Below, piece by piece: positions 56,861-64,000 of a DNA stretch of 64,000 nt. The stretch lies in assembly GCF_009914755.1 (NCBI RefSeq), contig NC_060928.1; one strand, 5' to 3'. Under the pieces are notes generated by a model that worked only from the letters and a program-made list of their open reading frames with translations, searched no databases and was not told the DNA's origin. Within the stretch, counting starts at the first letter, position 1. Each line of letters opens with the position of its first letter. The position numbers and the translations under genes were made by a program. This DNA is from the human T2T-CHM13v2.0 reference genome, Homo sapiens.

Positions 56861-59800
56861 TAAAAATATTTTTCTTTAGTATTAATAGTCCAAGGAACAT
56901 AATTGTTAAAATATTTAATATCAAAAAGTTCATTAGTGATTGTGTACTCTTGCCAAGTCTTGAACCAAGTACATAATGCCAACTGTCTCTTGAGAATTTA
57001 CTAAGTAATCTCATTGACAGAAACTAATATCAAAAACAGAAAATAGATAAAACAGGAAACAAAGTGATTTAAATAAGTTAATTTAAAAAAATCCAATAGC
57101 TTTAGGGGATGACAGGGTTAAATGGAAGCCGTGTTGGAACACACAGGTTGAGCCAGATGCTTTTTTTCCCTTCCAAGTCTCTTTTACCTGCTTGCCATTA
57201 GTATTCCAAGAAGAAATAAGATAGTACGAATATTTCAGACAGGAAACACATGGAGCAAAATTCTCCCGAAAGTATGAGTAACTGCTATTAGAACATCAGG
57301 TTGGGGCAGGAGAAAGCCAAACACCTGAGGAGACAAGCAGGAAATGTAAAAGTGCAAAGCCCTCACAGCTGGGGCGTGCAGGATTGTGAGCTGGATTGGA
57401 CTTCATTCAAATGCTGACCAAGCAAAAGAGATCCTGGCTGAAGTCTTTCCATCGGGCAACACATATGTACAATCCTTTCCTTAGAGGATGTTCTAATAGA
57501 ATGGAGTGGAAGTTGAGCAAATGGGGGCCCAAAGGAAATAGTAGACTATGAGAAAAAAACAGAGTTCCACACAACGTTCATCCACTTCAAACTAAAGTTT
57601 TTGGCAAGCTTGGTAAGTCGAAATCGTGATTAAGGGTGAAAAACAAGATCTGTCCTTTTACGCATATAGCAGGCAGTCTTCTGATGGAAACTGAAATATG
57701 GAAAACTCCACCCTGGCTCTAAATTCCTCCTGGAAGCAGAGACATTTGAACGATGTTGCAATAGTTTATTATCTGGGAAAAGAAGCATATTACCTAAAAG
57801 ATACATTAATGTGGATTAACTCAGATGATTAGCTCCCAAAGCTCTCATAATCATTACTGAATAAATGATCACATTAATCAGATGACTAGACTTGCTGGTC
57901 AGGTACAAACACTGTAGAAGCCCCATCCCCAAAGAAGCAACTATATCCAGTTATTAGTAATTTGTGATATAGCTGTGAGCATCTAGTCAACAAAATGCAA
58001 GCAGGTTCTCAGTTATGTTTGTTTATATGCCCCAAGTGCTGAGAAAGTGCATAACACAAAATTGGTACTCAATAAATGTTTGATGAGCATATTCATTAGG
58101 TAGTGTAGGTTGAAAGTAGGATGAAATTTAATTCAAACTAGGTTAGATAACAGAGTGAATTTTTAGTTCACATAACTGATAAGAGCACAGGTAGGGAGAG
58201 ATTTAGAGCATTCTCTCATACACAGGAAGCCCTTCAACGCTATTACTAATTCTTGGCGATTTGCTCAAACTCAACATTATCAATCATTTGACTGTCCATA
58301 GGCTGCCTTTGCCCATGATTATAGCACAATAGCTTCTTTTGCATCACTATGAGGAGAAGAGATCACAGCAAAACCCGTGACCAAGAACCTTCACCTCGCA
58401 GTATTTGGACCATCCTAAATACATCTTGATGATCAGGAGAGTGCCAGGGTTACTTGATACACTCATAGTGACAAGGAATAATGCAATCAACACATTTATC
58501 CATGCTAATGCTGAGCAGTTTCTTCTTCCTTAAAGCTCTGATAACACCATGGTTCACCTTCCTTCTGTATCCATGCATTAGTTAAAGTACATCCCTCCAT
58601 AAAATTATGGCTATCTTACCAGAAAAAAAAAATAGGTTAAAGAAACTCTTCTTCACTTTGCTAAACTCAAAAGATGTGGCTGCCAAACCTGGATGGTTAT
58701 CAGAATCACTGTTGTGTTTTCTAAATATTCAAATCCTAGGCCCAAACCTGGAGATTCTAATTTAGTAGGTTCCTCAAATAATCCTGACAATCAGATTTCA
58801 CAATCATTGCTATAAGGCACTGCAAAAATGTATGGTATCATGTTTGAAACTATAGAGCTTGTTTGATTATCAGGTTTGATGCTCATCCTCACAACGTTGG
58901 ATATTTACTTATGTTTTTCCTAAAATTATAAGCATATTAAAAGCAAAAATTGCCTTACTTATATTTGTGTATGCCTTACTACATCATCACATGTGACATT
59001 TGTGCATTATGTTCAGTCAACAAATTTAATCATAATAAGTTAATTCAAAGGACAAAAAGATGAATTACAGGAGAAATTTCTTGAGTTTGACCCAACACTG
59101 CAGAGGAGAGGAGTAGAGGTTTGGGCACAATGTACCTGAAAGGTCACCTGGAGTCCGACACTGCTTTTGGGAACCAAAGGCTCTGAATCCCATATTTCAC
59201 CTAGAACAACACTGCTGATCAATCAGAAGCACCGCTCTTTCACAATAATCGGAAAATGGCCAGTATGATAGGGCAATGCTATGGTCAGTTTAAATATTTT
59301 ACCAACATAAATGCAATATTTCTAATGTAATATTTGACATTTTCACAAATTCCATGTCAAATTTATCAAATAAAGTTAGAGAACAAGAATAAACAAATAG
59401 GTTAAAAAATGAATATCTCTTCTGGGGACAAGCAGAGAGATGACAAGCCAAAAATAAATATGCTTGCATGTATATTTCACTATTAAAATTTATATTAAAT
59501 CCTGTGCTTTTCTACTGTAAAACAATTCAACAAGTAATTTTTATTTATGCTTTAAATCAAGACAAATTGAAATCTTAAAAACAGATAAACCTTAACATTA
59601 ACACTTAAATACATGTAGTATTTAGTTGGATACTCCCTTTAATGTAAAAAGTAAATAATAAAGTGAACACATAGATATCTTTTATAAAATATGTAGATCC
59701 TGTAAAATTTGGTTTTCATGTGAGTTATAAACTGAACTTCCTTTTGGAAATCTGAGGTGCAATTCTATGGCTATTATTTACAGAAAATCTCATTTTTTTT

Positions 59801-60109
59801 CTATGTGTGGAGTCACAGCTGATCTAGATTTATATTTTGCCAATAATTAAATCAATTATTGAAATTAATGAACTATTCAGCCAGTAAAGCACAGGCCTTC
59901 TTTGTCAGCTGTTTACTATTCTCACTTCCTAAAGTAACATTTACCATTCAGTGAATTTATCAAGCATGTAACTTGCTGCCAGGAAGTACTTAAATTACAG
60001 GGAACATTTGTCTAAGTTCTAATTTCAGCTCTCTGTTCAGTAAAGAATGTACACACAATTAAAAGCATGTGAAAATATGTTTTTCTTCTAAAAATATGAA
60101 ACATAATCA

Positions 60110-60280
60110 AAGTTAGAGCTAGAAAGGAATCTTCAGGATCAATGAGATGTGACACCTTCATTTTGCAGATGAGAAAACTGAAATCCAAAATGTATAAATA
60201 ACTTTCCACAGGCTACACACCTAGTTAGTGGTACAGCAGGGGTACAATCCAGGGTTCTTGATATCCAGTCCATTTTTCTT
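60110..60280 (-). mobile_element. MIR
   Basis: cattttgcagatgagaaaactgaaatcca...acacctagttagtgg. Confidence 0.7.
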
Positions 60281-60399
60281 TTAGTACAGGAAAATCTCCC
60301 AAAGTCTGATATGTATAATATGGTAGTAAACTAGATAATTCCAGGTAGATGAGGATGAACGTTGAAAAGTTATTTTATGTTTATTTGAAAATGTAACAG

Positions 60400-61945
60400 G
60401 GACTTCTGGCTTTTGCATAGGATATAAAAACTGAGAAAAGCATTGCTTACACTCTAACAGCCAGAAATAGCAAGGTATTCTGCAAAATGATACAGTTTCC
60501 TGAATGCATTAGAGAGCTGAGGTCACAGGTCTATCATCTACCCCAAAGTTGAAGGAAAATAGGTACTTCTATGGAGGGAAATATAAGCCACATATTCTGA
60601 CTCACCTGAAAGATCACAGATGAAAGATGGGGCTTCCAAGCAAGTTTTAGGAAGAGTTCAGCTAAAATTTAAAGAAGAGTTGCTAAAAGTGGAGTGTGGA
60701 AAAGTGTGAGAATATAGAAGCCCTGGGAACTGATAACAGAAGGGGAATTTGTATCTGCGTGCAGGCTATTCGCAACTCTCCACTGGGTGTTCACAAGAAA
60801 GACTGGGGTCAGGTGGGAAAAGAGAGAAAGTTTCCCTTGTGGTTCAGGCCTGGAGAAAGGGAGAGATCACAACCTGGGAGAAAGACATTCCATTTGGATG
60901 CTTCTTCCTCTGGGAAAAAATGCCTATGTCACTGGGAAGAACAGCAAACCCTACCACGCCCAGGTCGCAGGTCAGGACCCACTGTAGCTCGTGAAAGGAA
61001 AATGTTCTGTACATCTTGGTAGGGGCACAAAACCTACTGGGCCAGACCACAAGAGATTTTCTACTACTGAGGGAGAAGGATCATTGTGAGAGCCCTGAGA
61101 TGCAGTGATACGAGGCTGAATCAGGGCAACAGAAAATCCTGCTGCCCACCATCAGCAGGCTAGCAAGCACCACCTAAAAAACAATAGCTATCTTGGACTG
61201 GGGAGGGCCAAAATCTTGCAGAGAAAGCCTCTCTGAAGGGCAAGAGCACAGGGAAAACCTAGAGCTGAGAGTAGAGCAGGAACATGGTGAGAAGACTTCC
61301 AGAAAACCAACCCCTAAGCACAAGGTGACAGTAGAGGAAATGGAAGCCAGTGAGGCACTGAAGGTATCACCACAACAGCTAAACTCAAATCCAGCTCAAC
61401 TCTTACCTATATTGACTCCACTCTTTCCCTGCATTCCCATACACTAAAAGCCTAGCTAAAGAGCTATACCCATTTCCAGGCAGGAATGCTATTTACTTCA
61501 GTCTCTGCTGTCCTACCCACAATGTTAAACTTTCAGTACAATTATGAAACACACACAGAAGTAAGCAACATATGTTACACCGTCAATGGGCAAAGCAATA
61601 AATAAAGACATACGCAGATATGACCCAGATATTGGAGCTATCTGACCACAATTTCACATGACCATGACTGATATGTTAAAAGCTCTAGTGGAAAAGTTGG
61701 ACAATATGGATGAACAGGTGGATAATTCAGCGGAGAGATGGAAACTGCAGGAAGATGTCAAATGAAAATACTGGAAATAAAAGTAGAGAACAGGGATGAT
61801 AGCTTATGTGATCTCATCAGTGGACTTGACACAGCTGAGAAAAGAATCAGTGAACTTCAAGATTGGTTGACAGAAATTGCCTAAACTGAAACACAAAGAT
61901 AAAAGACTGTGAAAAATGTATTAGAAAATACAAACAGCACATCTA
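60400..61945 (+). mobile_element. Old L1M 5' UTR and degenerate ORF1 start
   Basis: ORF1-like agatatgacccagatattggagctatctgac...gaaaagaatcagtgaacttcaagat...gaaattgcctaaactgaaacaca; preceded by a more GC-rich 5' UTR-like segment. Confidence 0.65.
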
Positions 61946-62009
61946 AACCGTGATCTGATCCTGACTTCTGAAGTGAGGCTGAAGTGAAAAATAAATAAGC
62001 TAACATCAA

Positions 62010-62590
62010 CGGAGATAACTCATCTAGACAGTGTGTAATCCTGATAGGATGTGACCAGAAGGGAACTTTACCTCGGTGGTCTTCCTCACAAAACTTATAA
62101 CCCCGTCTAATCATGAGAAAAACATTAGACAAATTCCAGTTAAGAAACACTCTACAAAATACCTGACCCATACTCTCCCAAACTGTCAAGGTCATCAAAA
62201 ACAAAGAAAGACTTAGTCACAGCTAAGAGGATCCTAGGCAGACATGATGACTAAATGTACTGTGTATTCTGGATGGGATCCTAGAAGATAAAAAGGATAT
62301 AAAATACTAGTTGGTGCAAAAGTAATTGTGGTTTTTGCCATTAAAAGTAATGGCAAAAGTAATGTTTTTATTAGTTAAATAAAAAACTAAGGAATTATAA
62401 GTAAACTATGGCCTTTAGTTAATAATAATGTATCAGTCTTGAGTCATTAATCATGGTAAAGGCACTCTCCTGACACCAGATGTTAATAATAAGAAAAATT
62501 GAGTGTGAGGTATGTAGGAACTCTCTGTACTATCTTCACAATTTTTCTTTAAGACAAAAAAAATTCTAAAATAAAAAGATTATTTAAAAG
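62010..62590 (+). mobile_element. L1MC-like 3' end
   Basis: ctaatcatgagaaaaacattagacaaatt...gacatgatgactaaatg...ggaactctctgtactatctt. Confidence 0.75.
62308..62358. mobile_element. MADE1 (mariner MITE), truncated
   Basis: tagttggtgcaaaagtaattgtggtttttgccattaaaagtaatggcaaaa contains one full TIR and only 11 nt of the second. Confidence 0.85.
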
Positions 62591-64000
62591 TCAACAAGTT
62601 GATTTTTAAATATCATTTAAATAATTATACCAGTAGTATGTGGAAATGGCTAAAAAACTGTAAAGATGGTTTAAGAATAAGTGAGATTTGGGAAACACCG
62701 AATTAAAACAGTTAAGTGACTATACTATACCATGCTATTTCCCAGCTTATCTCACAGACAAAATTGTGATCTCTCTGTCCTGGGTTTGTACTCATTCAAT
62801 TGCTTGATGATTCTGTATGCTTCCTTAGCTCAACAACATAACTCTCCCTCAGACTGAACACTTCCTGAGGGAAAACCAAATGCCTATCTTTCTTTCTTTC
62901 TCTTGGGGTCCTGCTTGACAATATTCAAAATGGATATGGAGTAATTATACACAAAGTCAATTAGGATGAAGATTTCTTATTGTATAATAAGTATAATAAG
63001 TATAAATAACACTTCCTTATACATTTTAAAAAAAAACCTTATGTCACTCATTTCCCTCAAGTGTTGAGCCATCCAGATTACTATCTTTTCCTTTAGAGTC
63101 ATTCTAACATTTTGATTACTGATAATCACAGAATTACCACAGGGATTTTTTCCATGATCACTTACATCACCTTATACTGAGATCAAGATAGGTGAATTTC
63201 TTGATATTTGCCAGCTGTCAGTAAGTCTCCTTAGAGCTGGGAGAGCAAACAGGTATCATTTTGCAGGCCAATTTCAATCCCTTGCTGACAGCTGCCTGGA
63301 AATCTGTCCTGAGGAATCTGAGGCTTTGAATGCTAAGATCAGCCTGTAGGAGAAGGAGGGAGAATGAAGATGGCATGACAGCCCATGTGTCACATACCTG
63401 GCAAACTCAATTCGAAGACTATTTGACACTAGCAAGTGTTATCACTCCCATGAAGGGCCTCCAAAAGCTTGAAAAATGTAATATGGAAATGTATACACTT
63501 CCATGTGCAAATGTAAACATTTTGACATGTGGTAGGTGGTGAGGTTGGCATGGGACCTTCCTGGCCTCTCTCAGTTCCAACCATAAGAAGGTTCATCAAT
63601 TTTCCTATTTGTGAGGTTGCTCTTTTGGGTGGTTTTTCATATATTTTCAGCAAAAGCCTTTTTGAGACTAGCTGAAACTCAGTTTTTAGGTAAAAATTAT
63701 GAGTAAATAATGATTACTATCATTTATAAGGGAAAAAGAAAATAAATTCAGATGAACATAGGGAAGTAAAAAGTTTCATTTTACAGCTTAGAATTTATTG
63801 GAAGCAGAGAGGCCAAAAGGCAATCCCTCAAATTTTAAAAAAAGGCTTCCTAGTTATCCTGATTTCTGGGAAATCTCTGAATCACTTTTGACTTATCATA
63901 TATGCCAATATATGTCTCACCAACTGAGTTTATTCAAACTCAGACTGAGTGGGAAGAAAGTCAATCAATTACCTCCCCATCTCACCTTATGTGCCACCCT

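Noticed and set aside
60696-61447. Cluster of 66-108 aa ORFs
   Set aside because: They lie in an old L1 5' UTR-like segment with no coherent protein motif.

Overview
This window is mammalian (primate, very likely human) nuclear DNA, not prokaryotic: it is AT-rich, CpG-depleted and dense in Alu, L1, L2, MIR, LTR and hAT repeats. There is no CRISPR array, rRNA, tRNA or operon. It holds the 3' part of one + strand spliced gene that I recognise as DTHD1 (death domain containing 1). Five coding exons (5187-5348, 7200-7489, 15240-15484, 38106-38163, 42495-42817) splice in frame through canonical AG/GT sites, giving about 358 C-terminal residues that end in a death domain. Two of these exons are missing from the ORF track. 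The 3' UTR contains a solo LTR, and the last ~18 kb are repeat-rich intergenic DNA. Most interesting observations: (1) the last exon is open in a second frame for 103 codons, and skipping the 58-nt exon or using a donor 4 nt upstream would enter that frame, swapping the death domain for a different tail; (2) the protein looks like a PIDD1/ankyrin/UNC5-type ZU5-UPA-DD module without the autoproteolytic HFS serine; (3) an 82-bp near-perfect inverted repeat that I cannot assign to a known transposon, surrounded by templated fragments, at 29890-30334, with a smaller analogue at 1516-1607; (4) a candidate in-frame poison exon at 31377-31638. Repeat subfamily calls and protein homologies come from recalled consensus sequences, not from a search.
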